Shown: positions 14,522-26,000 of the stretch, in pieces
Position numbering within the stretch: the first letter of the stretch is position 1
Layout: the number at the start of each line of letters is the position of its first letter
Origin: Guillardia theta CCMP2712
Lineage: Eukaryota; Protista; Cryptophyta
Direction: 5' to 3'
Assembly (NCBI RefSeq): GCF_000315625.1
Contig: NW_005434569.1
Coordinates: 89,349 to 153,348 of the forward strand
DNA length: 64,000 nucleotides
Made by a program: the position numbers and the translations under genes
Notes under the pieces: model-generated
What the model was told of the DNA's origin: nothing
The model's input: only the letters and a program-made list of their open reading frames with translations
Databases searched by the model: none

Positions 14522-16275
14522 CACTTTGTTGTTCCCGGGCGTGCTTCCTGCTGTGAGATCCTGACGGCTGGACATGACCTGGGACCTCGTCAGGAAGACG
14601 AGAGCGTCTCTTGAAGTTGCAAGTACATCCATGAAGGGCGAATGGCTCTGCATGCACTCCCTCCTTGTAACGATCACATGTGGGTGTAAAGACTTTCTCT
14701 TTGTGTTGAGACTGTTGAGAATCAACGCTGAGGGCAGCGATCAACGATCGAATGCATGCAGGACAAATACAAGTGGAGGATTCGAGATGGAGCATGGAGA
14801 TAGGCAGAGGTCAAGCAGGAGAAAATGAAGCATCAGGTCACAGACCATCTCTCTCAACCAAAGTGCCGACATCCCTCAGGTTGTAAAGGTCCTTGGATGT
14901 GATCTTCATCACATTCATTTCCTGCGTGACAGCAAAGTCAAGAGCCCAATCCAAACAGTCACAACGTACTTCGATGTCTTTGTTTTTCCCTGCTGTATTG
15001 AAAAATTTGCTCCGAAACAATCTTCTAACTTCCTCGCGTATCTGAAGCAAGTGGAGCATCACTGTAGCTACATTCGAGGTGCAACTTGCAGCAGTACGTG
15101 AAGTTGATACGCTGAGGGGTAAGTCTGACAACAGATATCTACTGAGGTGAGTTGAAGAATCTCGAAAAACGCTCTCTCTCTGCTCAAGTTTCTGCAGCAC
15201 AAGTGTTCACAATGTTCACACTGACAGAAGTAGGCAGCACTTGGTGTCGCTGTATCTCAGAACAATGGTCCGGTAGGAAGTAGAGAGAGATTCGACGATC
15301 TCCTGCTCTTTGGCATGGTGGACTGACCCGCTGATCTCCCACAGCTCTGACGAGGAGCATGTGAGCTAGGAGCATCATGAAAGGGATCACCTTCAAACGG
15401 AAAGTCCTGTCGTTCGTCATCGATCCACATGCTCTTCTTCTCATCAAGGAGGCTGATACACCAACATGTCACATCGACCAGCATCGCAAGTACTTGTTCA
15501 ACTTCATCAGCTGCTGTCTGACAGCATCCAGGTGTAGGTAGTCCACCAGCGAGGGAAAGAACTCGTCAGCGAGCGGCATGTTGCCAAACTTGGAGATGAA
15601 GTTCTTGACCTGACCACGACTGTCAAGGACTGAGAGAGGACAGTTGCAGATAACGTCGTCGTGAGTGATTCCTCGCTGATGCAGGACGACGTCGTAGATC
15701 CGGGATGAAAGCTGTATCAGCAGGTTCAGGAGAAGAGGAGGAGAGGAGGAGAGGAGGAGAGGAGGAGAGGAGGAGAGGAGGAGAGGAGGAGAGGAGGAGA
15801 GGAGGAGAGGAGGAGAGGAGGAGAGGAGGAGAGGAGGAGAGGAGGAGAGGAGGAGAGGAGGAGAGGAGGAGAGGAGGAGAGGAGGAGAGGAGGAGAGGAG
15901 GAGAGGAGGAGAGGAGGAGAGGAGGAGAGGAGAAAAAACAAGAAGACCAGGTTATCCTTGATCTCTATCCACACTCGACTCCCAAAGGTCAAGTCAATCT
16001 CTCGCTTGTCACTTCTTCCCAACGTCTGCGCGGCAGTGACGGTCGTATGGCGATCACTGACGCTCAGGCTCTCTGCGCTGCCTTCTTGGTAACTCGAGCT
16101 CTTCCTGGACAGCGACATCCTCCACTAGTGTCGGCGTCTCCCTTGCTGTGGAGCATGCAGCATGGTCTCAACGCTCGTCGATCACATCATCTAATGTCTG
16201 TCGCATGTCGCTCCTCGCGCGCATCGCTCAGCAACTTCGTAAGAGCCTCCGACCATACCGGTGTGCGGTTGCCAT
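13786..16275 (-). CDS. Multi-exon hypothetical protein; boundaries approximate, 5' end uncertain
   Basis: Coding-like minus-strand segments (FISKFGNMPLADEFFPSLVDYLHLDAVRQQLMKLNKYLRCW; terminal MAIDDYKLSKTMEKMELDRKELEEM-TGA at 13786-13788) separated by GT-AG introns that hold (CTG)28 and (CCTCTCCT)n repeats. No family recognised. Confidence 0.5.
14438..14521. repeat. (GCA)28 microsatellite, intronic on the minus strand
   Basis: Minus strand reads aa|gtgt(gct)n...ccttcag|, a GT-AG intron. Confidence 0.92.
15735..15931. repeat. (AGGAGAGG)n 8-bp tandem repeat
   Basis: About 24 visible copies. Confidence 0.93.
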
Positions 16276-16299
16276 GGCAGGCTCAACTCTCCAACGGGG

Positions 16300-16870
16300 C
16301 GGTACTACGGTACGGGGATAGTCAGGCGGGCCGGCCAGGGCCAGGCACCGGAGGCCCGAGTGACTGAGACATTGAGTTCTCAGCCTGCCAGGCTGTGAGT
16401 GACAATCGACCAGGCTTTACTCAAAGTTAAGTTAAAAATCAGTACGAGGACAATCGGATGATCAGGAGAGTCGAGGAGGCTTCGGACCCTGACACTGTCG
16501 CCGCGGCACAGGCCAAACGGCGAGCCTGACTGAGAGAAAAGACAGCGAGAACCAAACCCAATCCTGCCGCCGGACTGCTGCCCCCCAAGTTAACCGTGAT
16601 ACCAAGTTCACAGTCCCCCGCGCGGCCCGGCCATGCCCGGCATCGCTCAGTGCCACGGGGCATGGCCGCGCTTTTTAACTTAACTTTGAGTAAAGAAGGA
16701 CAATCCCGGCCCATGCCGGGGCCCGGTACCAGGCCGGGCCGCCCGGCGCCCCCGATCGATCGGACCATCAAGTCACGGTCAGTGACTGAGAGTTTGCGCA
16801 ATTGCGACTCCGAGGCGGGCTGTGCCATGATAAAGATTCTGCCACTTTGCCTTCGGCGCGCGGAGCGGTA
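16300..16870. promoter_or_regulatory. GC/CCGG-rich intergenic island between divergent genes (probable promoter region)
   Basis: Dense CCGG/GGCC, GTGACTGAG and AAGTT motifs; no credible ORF. Similar islands at 38630-38776, 55852-55900 and 58830-59130. Confidence 0.45.
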
Positions 16871-17440
16871 ACTTTTCAAATTTTGTTATCAAATTTGAAA
16901 ATTCAGAACAGCCAACCAAAAGCTTCACCTGAATTCGGACACGAACCAAAAACGAAAAAGATTTGGTTTCCACCGGACTCCGATTGGTGCGGACAGACAC
17001 CTGCCTAAGCAGTTCCTAGGACCCTGGTGGTAGAGCTGCCTAGTGGACAGTCCAGCCCAACATGGCAGCCAGACAGGAGCGGAGGGAGTGAAGGACAAGG
17101 CAGGAGAGGATAGCGTGCGAGTTTTTGACAGGACAGGACAGGATATGACAGTGTAAGATAGACGAGGTGAGGAGAAGACCCGAGAGGAGAGGAGAGGAGA
17201 GGAGAGGAGAGAAGAGAAGGAGGGGGGGAAGGAGTGAGGCGAATAACAGAAACAGGGCAGAGAGAACAATAGAAGAGCAGTAGGTGTAAGTGGATAGACA
17301 ATTGAAGTGGACAGAGCTGATTCTGTGGGACACTTTACAAAAAGTATCAAGGCGCGAAGAGATTTCAAGCTTTTGATCACTTTGCGAGGATACCCGGAAG
17401 CATTCCTTGTACAACCCTAGGACTGAAATATCCTTGTACC

Positions 17441-19054
17441 ATGGAAGAGAAGACGGAAATGGTGTACACACCCTTTAGTGGGATAGCTTCAAGCATGAGT
17501 TTTACGCCAGATTGTTCTTGGCAGTCACCGCTCCAGCTGTATTCGCAGATAAATCAGTTTCAGCCAAGCTTGCCACTACCGGTACATTACAGTGAACCAA
17601 GTTCGGTTGTGCAGCCGTTGCAATCCATATCGCAGGTATTTGGTTCATCAGGAATAACTCTTGCACCACCACTCTCTATCCCTGCAAAGGCTGCGAAAGA
17701 AACCCACTGGCTGCCTGCTCTAGAGCCCTATTCGACACCATCAGCTGCTTTTCAAAGTGAGATCAATGATGCTTTGATTCTGCTGCCTGTGCCAGAATTG
17801 GTCACCCCTCCTGACTCTGATAGCGCTTCTCGCTTCGACAATATTGAAACCAGTCTGAGCTCTGATGACGGGCTTCCATTCGGCCTAGAAGAGCTGGACA
17901 AAACTCACGTGTTTGATGTTGGCGATGAGAAAGCGCTCAGGAAGCGTCTGCGCAGGCCTCACTCCCGTTTGCAACATCATGGCGCCTGCTACCAGTGCAG
18001 AAGGAAGAAATGGAGGTGCTCGAACAATCGCCCATGTGAGAAATGTATCGTCTACGGGACAGCTCAGTCATGTGACCAACCAGACTCCGCCCGTTACGTT
18101 GAACGCCCTATCTCTTCGAGAATGTGCATCGAGATCCAAGACGATGTCTATGCGAACATGGTAGCACTGAAAAACGCGTCAGTGTCGGAGGGAGTCAACT
18201 TTGCGCTCGTGCGCATCACGTGGGAGATCGGTATGAGTGTGAATCAAGTGCTGCAGGCCTTCAGGTTCTTGCCGCCCAACGCCAAGAAAGTGATCGATGA
18301 GTCCATACAGGCAGTCCAGGCGCATGCGCAGAAAACTCTAATGAAGCGACAGTCATGCATGACCACTCTCAAAGAACTCGTCGCCAAGCAGGAAGTTGGC
18401 CGCATCTCGGCTTTGGGGGAACATGGGGCTGTGGACGACCCGCCAGAAGCCTCGGACGAGCGTTGGGGCCACGGGCGGTGGTTCTCCATCGAGTTCGACA
18501 AGAACACCGCGACAAGAAAGTACTGCAAGGTTGGGTCAGAGTGCGCAGAGCTGCAGGGATATCATCCTGAAGAATTTCTGTCGCGTTTCGCCGAAAACAA
18601 TCTTCCTATCCACACCACACAGTTCGACATGCTGTGTATCGCCATGGATACCATCTGTCGGTATCAGGAGAACAGGCTGGTGAAGTACTGGAGGCTACAG
18701 AAGCACACGGACGACCCTCAGGTCTTCAACACTGTTTTTGTGCGCTGCAGCATCATCCGAGACTTCGATGCTATGGGAAGGAAGATTCGAACTTCGCTAG
18801 TTTACGACTACCTTGACGAGAAAGAGTACGAGAGGCTATCAGAGAAGGCTCACGAAAAGGGAAGTGAAGACGATCTGCTGGCGATCTCGCTGCTCCCAAA
18901 GCGATCCTTCAAGGACTTCATTTCAGAACACAAACGCGAGCTGCAGTTTTCTGGCAAACTGTTGGACATGCGTAAGAAGAAATCAGGCAAAGAGAAGCTG
19001 GATGATTTCGTGAATCGGTTGCAGCGAAATGTCAAGAGGCTGATGGCTGATTGA
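17441..19054 (+). CDS. Zn(II)2Cys6 binuclear cluster (fungal-type) transcription factor, intronless, 537 aa
   Basis: ACYQCRRKKWRCSNNRPCEKCIVYGTAQSC = C-x2-C-x6-C-x5-C-x2-C-x8-C, preceded by the basic KRLRRP and a Pro/Ser-rich N-terminus. Confidence 0.88.
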   Translation: MEEKTEMVYTPFSGIASSMSFTPDCSWQSPLQLYSQINQFQPSLPLPVHYSEPSSVVQPLQSISQVFGSSGITLAPPLSIPAKAAKETHWLPALEPYSTPSAAFQSEINDALILLPVPELVTPPDSDSASRFDNIETSLSSDDGLPFGLEELDKTHVFDVGDEKALRKRLRRPHSRLQHHGACYQCRRKKWRCSNNRPCEKCIVYGTAQSCDQPDSARYVERPISSRMCIEIQDDVYANMVALKNASVSEGVNFALVRITWEIGMSVNQVLQAFRFLPPNAKKVIDESIQAVQAHAQKTLMKRQSCMTTLKELVAKQEVGRISALGEHGAVDDPPEASDERWGHGRWFSIEFDKNTATRKYCKVGSECAELQGYHPEEFLSRFAENNLPIHTTQFDMLCIAMDTICRYQENRLVKYWRLQKHTDDPQVFNTVFVRCSIIRDFDAMGRKIRTSLVYDYLDEKEYERLSEKAHEKGSEDDLLAISLLPKRSFKDFISEHKRELQFSGKLLDMRKKKSGKEKLDDFVNRLQRNVKRLMAD

Positions 19055-19199
19055 ATAGAAACTAGTCGCACTTGACTTACATGTCTTGGATAGAATGATT
19101 TACACTAAGAGATTAATATATATACCACAATGTTCAAGATTTTTTTTATTTGGTATCAATCACCCCTTCACTCATTATATGCAGCATTTCGCCTATTCC

Positions 19200-21776
19200 C
19201 TACCCAGCGTGCCTGCTCTCGGAGCTGATGCTCTTCGCGGCATCGTGAACACATTTGAAGACATCCCTGGATTCTCTCGGAATCTCCTCTAGACGGTACA
19301 AGAATTTATCCTTCCTGTCTTTGTGTCCTGGGAACAGGCGCGGGCTAGCCACCCTCCATCGCTCGTACATGAGCATCATACGGGCACGATGGAAGACCCA
19401 CCGCCTGTTCTTTCCTTCACAGTCTCGCTTGTAACGGGAGTTCATCATCGCAATCAGCAGGTTCATGATGAGGATTCTGGAGAGGATTACCCAAATCACC
19501 TCGAGCGTGACCGCGAGATTCCTGTCCTGGGAGTGCAGGGCGAGCACGTGAAAGTACATGTAAGCGTCCCCCAGCGAGTTCCATACGAGAGCCCAGGCGG
19601 TGGCCAATGGGTTTCTTGTGTAGTCGAAGTCGGTTGAATACCTGAGTTGCCAGCTGCTGCTGTTTTGAAACATGAGGTAGATAGCGGCAGTGAAGCCGAA
19701 CATGAAGATCAAGTAGACGATGAGACAAATGAGAACGTCTTGAAACATGATGTCCTCCATGATCATCACAAGCTTGCCCACTGGATGGTATGGTATGGCA
19801 ACGTAGAGTAGGGTGAGAAAGGAAAAGAGAGCCGCCAACGAAAGGAAACTGAGCTCAACCTTGTAGTTGCCTACCTCTTGCAAGCCGAAGGACGTCAGGA
19901 CCGTTGTGGCTGTGAGTATACACAACAATGAGAGCATGTTCTTCTGCAGCAGTTGGCTCAAGCACTGTAGCAGTTTCCGCTCTTTCGGCTTCGCTCCCCG
20001 AAGCAGCAATGAGTCCAAGCGCCTCGAGGACAAACCATACACCAGCAGACAAACACTGAAGAAGACAAGAATGATACTGACAATTCTTGTTTGAGCGTCT
20101 GGAATACTTGATACATCACCAATCGGAGCACCAGACAGCGGAAAGAAGTTAGAACGGAAAGCAGAAGTCCGCAAGTGAAGCAAGTAGCAGAACAGAGCCA
20201 GGTAGATAATGTATGGAAGCAGCACGAAAAAGAAAAATATATGCCTGCATGATTTCCATTTGTTCGTGAGCAATTCTTCAAACACGTGGTCATCACAAAA
20301 CTCTGCAAGCTCGAAGTTCACGATAATTTCAAACACGCTCTTCCATTTGTCGTGTTGGTGTAAACTGGAGACCTCCTTGTCATCCGAAGAGTTCTTCACA
20401 CCATAGTTGTCCAGCTGTTCACAGCTGACCTTGGTGTAGCGCTTAGCCCCGAACCGCCATTCAGTCTTCTTCATGTGCTGATCAACGATGTATTGATAAG
20501 TTCGGACCTGACCATGACGGACAGCGAGAGTGAAAGGGGTGTAGCCTGCATCATTCAGAGTGCACAAGAGCTTTGACACATAATGTTCTTGCTCTCCTGT
20601 TTGACGACTCTCCCGGCTCTCCGCAGAGCCACCTTGTAATCCCTCTTGTGACTTTTGACCCTGTAGTGCTGATCCATCTTCGCTGCGAGAAGCTTGTTGT
20701 GTTGGAACTGCCGAACTCTCACCTTGTTGATCGTGATTCTGCCCTATTTCAGCCACCCCTACTTCCCTGCCTGTGTTGGTGGAGTTCAGCTTTTCTTGTT
20801 TCTCCTTTTCCTTTTCAGCTTCTTTTAGCTCATGTTCTTTTTTGAGGAGGAAGTCGATCATGTCTTCGTGACCATGAAGTACAGCTATATGCAGCGCATT
20901 GTTCCCACTGCTGTCAACTTGAGTCAAAACTCTCCACTGCACGTCATTACTTAGCCTTGCAAATATCTTGTTGCAGATTTCCACGTTTCCCTGGCTTGCT
21001 GCAAACGATAAAGGGAACTCTCCGAAGTAGGCGAATGATTGACTGTAGGAATGTATGTTCACGATTGCATCACAACCGTAGTCCTCATGCGATCTGTCGA
21101 TTCCGAGGATACCGAGCATCCATCTCTGAAATGTGGTGATCTGTGCTTTTTTTCTCATCACCAAAGGCTGAAAGAAGAGTCCAGTGGCTTTTAGCCCTAG
21201 CAGGATCTCAAGTTTATCGCCTGCTTTCTTGAGAATCCCGTCGATGCTCTTGCAGTCGTTGTTTGCTATGCAGATATGCAAGATGCTCTCCCCGGTGTAA
21301 ATGCCCAGGTCCTGTGGCTGCCCTCTTGGCCCGTCATGCTCATAGCAACACTCAAGCAGTGCGGTCAACTCGTCGAAATTGAACGCTTGATCCATGATCC
21401 TCCGCTGATTTGGATGTCCATATGCCAGCAAGAACACAAGGTGCACCGGGTGTTCGCCCATCGGGCCTCGGGGAGAGCTTTGTTCGCTATGGCGGGGAGA
21501 GCTTTGTTCGCTATGGCGGGGAGAGCTTTGTTCGCTATGACGGGGAGAGCTTTGTTCGCCGTGAGCAATCAAGTGGCGAAGCTTTTCTTTGATCTGACTG
21601 TCATCCACGGCGGCAAGCAGCTTCTTCATATTCTTCCACGCCGGTGTTTCATGCTGCTCCGCTCGTCGCTCTACTCTCTCCACGTCGAGCCGAGGGTTGA
21701 GGTAGCGGGACTCGAGTTCACTCTTGCTTGTACTTGTCCATCCCTTCACGATTAGACTTCGCCTTTCACGTTCCAT
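19200..21776 (-). CDS. Ankyrin-repeat TRP cation channel, TRPV-like, intronless, ~858 aa
   Basis: TRPV-type ankyrin motifs GESILHICI, ATGLFFQP, YFGEFPLSFAASQG, DSSGNNALHIAV and LNDAGYTPFTLA; six hydrophobic segments; S6 MNLLIAMMN; TRP-box-like WVFHRARMML. First ATG at 21776. Confidence 0.9.
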   Translation of the reverse strand: MERERRSLIVKGWTSTSKSELESRYLNPRLDVERVERRAEQHETPAWKNMKKLLAAVDDSQIKEKLRHLIAHGEQSSPRHSEQSSPRHSEQSSPRHSEQSSPRGPMGEHPVHLVFLLAYGHPNQRRIMDQAFNFDELTALLECCYEHDGPRGQPQDLGIYTGESILHICIANNDCKSIDGILKKAGDKLEILLGLKATGLFFQPLVMRKKAQITTFQRWMLGILGIDRSHEDYGCDAIVNIHSYSQSFAYFGEFPLSFAASQGNVEICNKIFARLSNDVQWRVLTQVDSSGNNALHIAVLHGHEDMIDFLLKKEHELKEAEKEKEKQEKLNSTNTGREVGVAEIGQNHDQQGESSAVPTQQASRSEDGSALQGQKSQEGLQGGSAESRESRQTGEQEHYVSKLLCTLNDAGYTPFTLAVRHGQVRTYQYIVDQHMKKTEWRFGAKRYTKVSCEQLDNYGVKNSSDDKEVSSLHQHDKWKSVFEIIVNFELAEFCDDHVFEELLTNKWKSCRHIFFFFVLLPYIIYLALFCYLLHLRTSAFRSNFFPLSGAPIGDVSSIPDAQTRIVSIILVFFSVCLLVYGLSSRRLDSLLLRGAKPKERKLLQCLSQLLQKNMLSLLCILTATTVLTSFGLQEVGNYKVELSFLSLAALFSFLTLLYVAIPYHPVGKLVMIMEDIMFQDVLICLIVYLIFMFGFTAAIYLMFQNSSSWQLRYSTDFDYTRNPLATAWALVWNSLGDAYMYFHVLALHSQDRNLAVTLEVIWVILSRILIMNLLIAMMNSRYKRDCEGKNRRWVFHRARMMLMYERWRVASPRLFPGHKDRKDKFLYRLEEIPRESRDVFKCVHDAAKSISSESRHAG
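21470..21559. repeat. 24-bp coding tandem repeat, (EQSSPRHS)x~4, in the TRP channel N-terminus
   Basis: ggggagagctttgttcgctatggc repeated. Confidence 0.92.
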
Positions 21777-23026
21777 CCTCCCTCCTCTCTCTATCGCTGC
21801 CTGCTTCCACGTCCCTTGTCTCCTGCCGCTTCTCTTCCTCCCCCCCCCCAACTGTCGGGGATGTTCGCCAGGATGTTGGCTACATCTGTGGATTGCTCGC
21901 CCCCCTATTCTCAGAAGACGAAAAATTACTGTCTTTTTATTTATATTAATGTCATTCCGAGGCAGACTCACTTACATAGGAAAAATATCCCATTGCTGCA
22001 TTTTTATAATTATTTGTATTCTCGAGATGAACCTGCTGATAGGCAAATTTACTAAAAATAAACTGCAATTAGATCCGTTCCAGTACCATTGGCAAAATAT
22101 GGATTTAATTTTGTATTATATTATATCTACATTACTGGGAGAGTTGCATTTTCAGGTACTGTTTCCACCACACTGTGTACAAATATCCTTCTACACAATT
22201 ATGACTTAAATATATATAGAAAGATAAAACAATACGATCAATACGAACTTGTTTTTTAAACTAAAAGTCGTGCCGCGGTCGAGGTGTCTAGTTGGTTTAT
22301 GGCCTCTGCGCAGGAGAGGGGCCGGTGGCGGGAGCAGGAGGATGGAGACGGAAGGAGGAGGAGCGAGAGCAGAGGAACGTAGAGTCTCTGTTAGGAGAGG
22401 ACGAAAACAGACCCTTCTCAAGGAGTTGCGGTGAATTGAAGAGGCAGGGAGGAGACAACGGGTGGCTGGCAAGGGCTGGAGCCTTCACGGGGTGGTTTGA
22501 TCCTCCGTGCTGAACCTTGGAAGACGAGGGAGGGAAGAAGCTGAGCCGGACAAGCAGATATAAGAAGAGTCTGCTTTCAAACAAACACATCAAAACCGTG
22601 CAGCAAGGATTGTCCGCTTCTTCTCAGCTTGAACAAAGCACATTGCCCGGTTTCTTTGTTTCTACGATTCCACTGAAGTCTGCGACAATACGTCTTGAAA
22701 GACTTTCTCAATAAAGAAAATAGGAAATTGAGAATTTGATTTCCTTGTTGGGCCCTCCACGAATACGTTATAGGTAGAGCGACCCTGTTGAAACGTGATT
22801 GAAATGCAACAGCTTTTACTGTGTACCGAAGACATTTGATTCGGAGTCCGTAACCTGTTGCATCTACATCATCAACCTGCGCTCAACGACTTAAAGAATT
22901 TGTGAGGGTGAGAATCGTGTGAAGCTGCGCATTGAGGGACTCCGAGCTTTGCTGGTTCCTGGACAAGCAATCAATTCGCGTTGACTGCGTCGACGAACTT
23001 GTGTTGGATTCAAGTCAGTGTTGAGA

Positions 23027-26000
23027 ATGTCGTCAGTAGTGCATTTCCAGTTTCGGAATGCTCTTCTCTCCGACTCGGTTGCTTTCGAAGGGGATCATGT
23101 GAGCCTGAGAGATTTGAAGCTCTTGATAGCGAAGAAGAAAGGACTTTTAAAGGCTTCTGATATTGATTTTGTCATCACGAATAAACAGACAGGAGAAGGT
23201 CAGTTTGATTTGGCATGTTCATAGCGGAACTGACAGCCATTCCTGATGTCAGAATACACTGGAGAAGATACTTTCGTACCCAAGAACACTTCAGTGCTTG
23301 TGAAACGAGTCAATGCAAAAGCTCAACCTCAAGCCTTGAAAGACAACTCCAAACCCCCCACGTGATTGATTCTTGCATCGAATCTATCATTAGATCTGAC
23401 TGCATTTTTCTCGTCTTGGTTTACTTGCAGTGTCGCGCCTGTCATTTCAACAACGGCGCCTCCTCCCTTCTCGACGCAGATCGCTCAATCGGTGAGACGA
23501 ATTATCTTTTTTGACAGTTTCTCGGACTTGACACTGGTGACCCTTGGCTTTCTTTAGAATGAAGAGAAGAAGGCAGCTGATGATTCCACTGAAGATGAGG
23601 AGGCGAAGTTGATAGCAATGATGGAAGAGCAAAATGCTGAATTTCAGAGGTATATGTAATGCTTACTTGGTTAATCTTAACTTTATTCCTCAAAGAGCAC
23701 AGCACCAACGGCGACAGATGCAACAACTTGGTCCGGCTCAATCGAGATTTGGTAAAAGTTTGCCGCGATCCCTGGAAATCGTGACACCTATGTTAGGCCA
23801 GCCAACTGCTGCAAAGCCTCCGCCGTATTATTTGTGCGACAGATGCAAACAAGCCGGCCACTGGAAGAAAGACTGTCCTACCATTGGTGATCCTGCGTAT
23901 GATCAGAAGAAGACAGCCGTTGGAATCCCGATCTCCAGGACACGCGTCATCACAGAAGCAGAAGCCGCAAATGCTACCGAAGGTGTCATGCGACTACCGG
24001 ACGGCCGTTTGGTTCAATGCATGCCTAACGAGTACGTGACAAAACTTGAACTTTGCTCGTATTCAATTCAATACAAGCCTTTGTTGAGGATTTGATCCTG
24101 TAGACTTCATATTTGTTTGTTTGAGTATGCACGTTTGACAGATTTGAATGACTTTGTACTTGTTAATGATGTTGCATCATGTTTTTGGAAGCATTTCGTT
24201 TGTTTTCCTTTGTTCTCTGTTGTTCAAAATCGGCAGCAATTCAGATATGCTTTGTTTTGACCGATCACAGGTTTGTGGGAGTACACTGACAGGTTCTTTC
24301 TCGGCAGAGCGGATTTTGACAAAGCAATTGCGAAAGGAAGTTCATCTATTGTTGTGCCAAAAGATGGCAGCGTTCCCAAGGATTTGCAATGTGCCATGAT
24401 GCCAGGTGCCCTTATAATCGAAGCAGTTGTGCTTCCATGTTGCCAAAGTAATGTCTCCCTGCCGCGCGTCCTGCCGCACCTCCAAGATAACAGCACTTGC
24501 CCCATTTGCTTTCAGCCCGATGTAACCCCTGAGATCTTGAAACCTAATACAAAGTTGAGGGAGTCAGTGAAGGCCTTCTTGAAATCAGCCATCGCACAAG
24601 GAATTACAATCACAGGTGGGCAACCGTCTGCTTCGAAAGTCGAAGGCGAGTCAGATGCAAAAGTTGAGCCGGCTCAGGAAAATAGCAGCTTGGGCTTGAA
24701 TGAAGTGGAAAACAAGGATAGCGTAAAAGACGTTAATTTTTCAGCTTCAGAACGCAGTCCCACCCTTGCAGATGATGGTGCGGACGAATTGTCAGCTTTG
24801 AACGAGAATGCTGAGGACAACGAACAATCAGAAGACAAGATAGATTATGATGATGTCATCAAAGTTGAGCCAGCAGCTTCAGAGTCGACTGCAGACAATA
24901 CCAACTTGGGGCTTGATGACAAGTCTAAGTCCAAGGATGCCCCTGATGACAACGCAAGTCAAGAGGCAGGGACGAAGGAAGCAGGGAAGATCAATCCAGC
25001 TGAAGCTTCCAGCACGGTGCAAGATCCGGACTTGCCTGGCAACCTCAACCAGGAGGGTACAGGACATCCCAGCATGATGCAGGCAGGAAGAATGATGCAG
25101 CCTCCAGGTTTCATGGCCGGGATGATGCGCCAGGGCTACCCCGATGCGGGGCGGAACAGAAATAGTGGTCCTCCACCTATGATGCCGCCACCTATGGGTG
25201 GCTTCCCGGTCCCGCCTCATGGATTCATGGACATGATGAGGATGATGGGAGGCAGGCCAGGCTGGGGGATGCCACATGCAGGACCCAACGGCATGCCGAT
25301 GCTTCCACAGATGATGCCGGGGATGCCAATGGGCTGGCCTATGGGTAACTTCCCTAATTGGGGCAGACCTGGCTCAAGATCACCTTCTCGGTCTCGTTCA
25401 CGTTCCTTGTCGCGTTCGAGGTCCAGGTCGAGAAGTGCGGGAAGGAGAAGTCGTGAAGATAGAAATCGTAGCACCAGGGAAAGGAGCAGAAGCAAAGGGC
25501 GAAACGACCGCAGAAGCTTTTCGAAGAGGAGAGAGGATGAGGGAAAATCGCGGAGAGATGAAGAAAGCAGATCCCGCAGAGAAGATGAGGGCAAGTCTCG
25601 AAGGGTTGATGAAGGCAAATCAAGGAGAGACGAGGAACACAAGAATCGTAAAGCTAGTGCTGAAGGTCGTCAAAGTTCACAATCAACCAGAAAAATATCT
25701 GAAGACGCTGAACGGAAATCCTCGCGCGACGCAAGCAATGCTGAGGACAAAGGCGAGAGACAGCGCGATCCAGAAACATCAGAAAATCGGGGGAGGAAAG
25801 TCGCAGAGCGATCCAAAGTGCAAGATGACAATGAAGCGAAAGCAGAAGCGAAAGCAGAACCAGGGTCTGAGTATACGTTTGACAAGAATGATGAATTTGA
25901 GTCTTTGTTCTTGCCCGATGACGACGACGAAGTTGAAGATGCTGGTAACCATGAGAACGACAAACCGGACTCTGCTCCAGCTGAGAGCTCGAGCGAAAAG

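Noticed and set aside
2626-15931. Poly-Leu/Ser/Cys/Asp/Met/His/Ala ORFs in the six-frame track
   Set aside because: They are translations of intronic microsatellites or antisense shadows of high-GC3 dynein exons.
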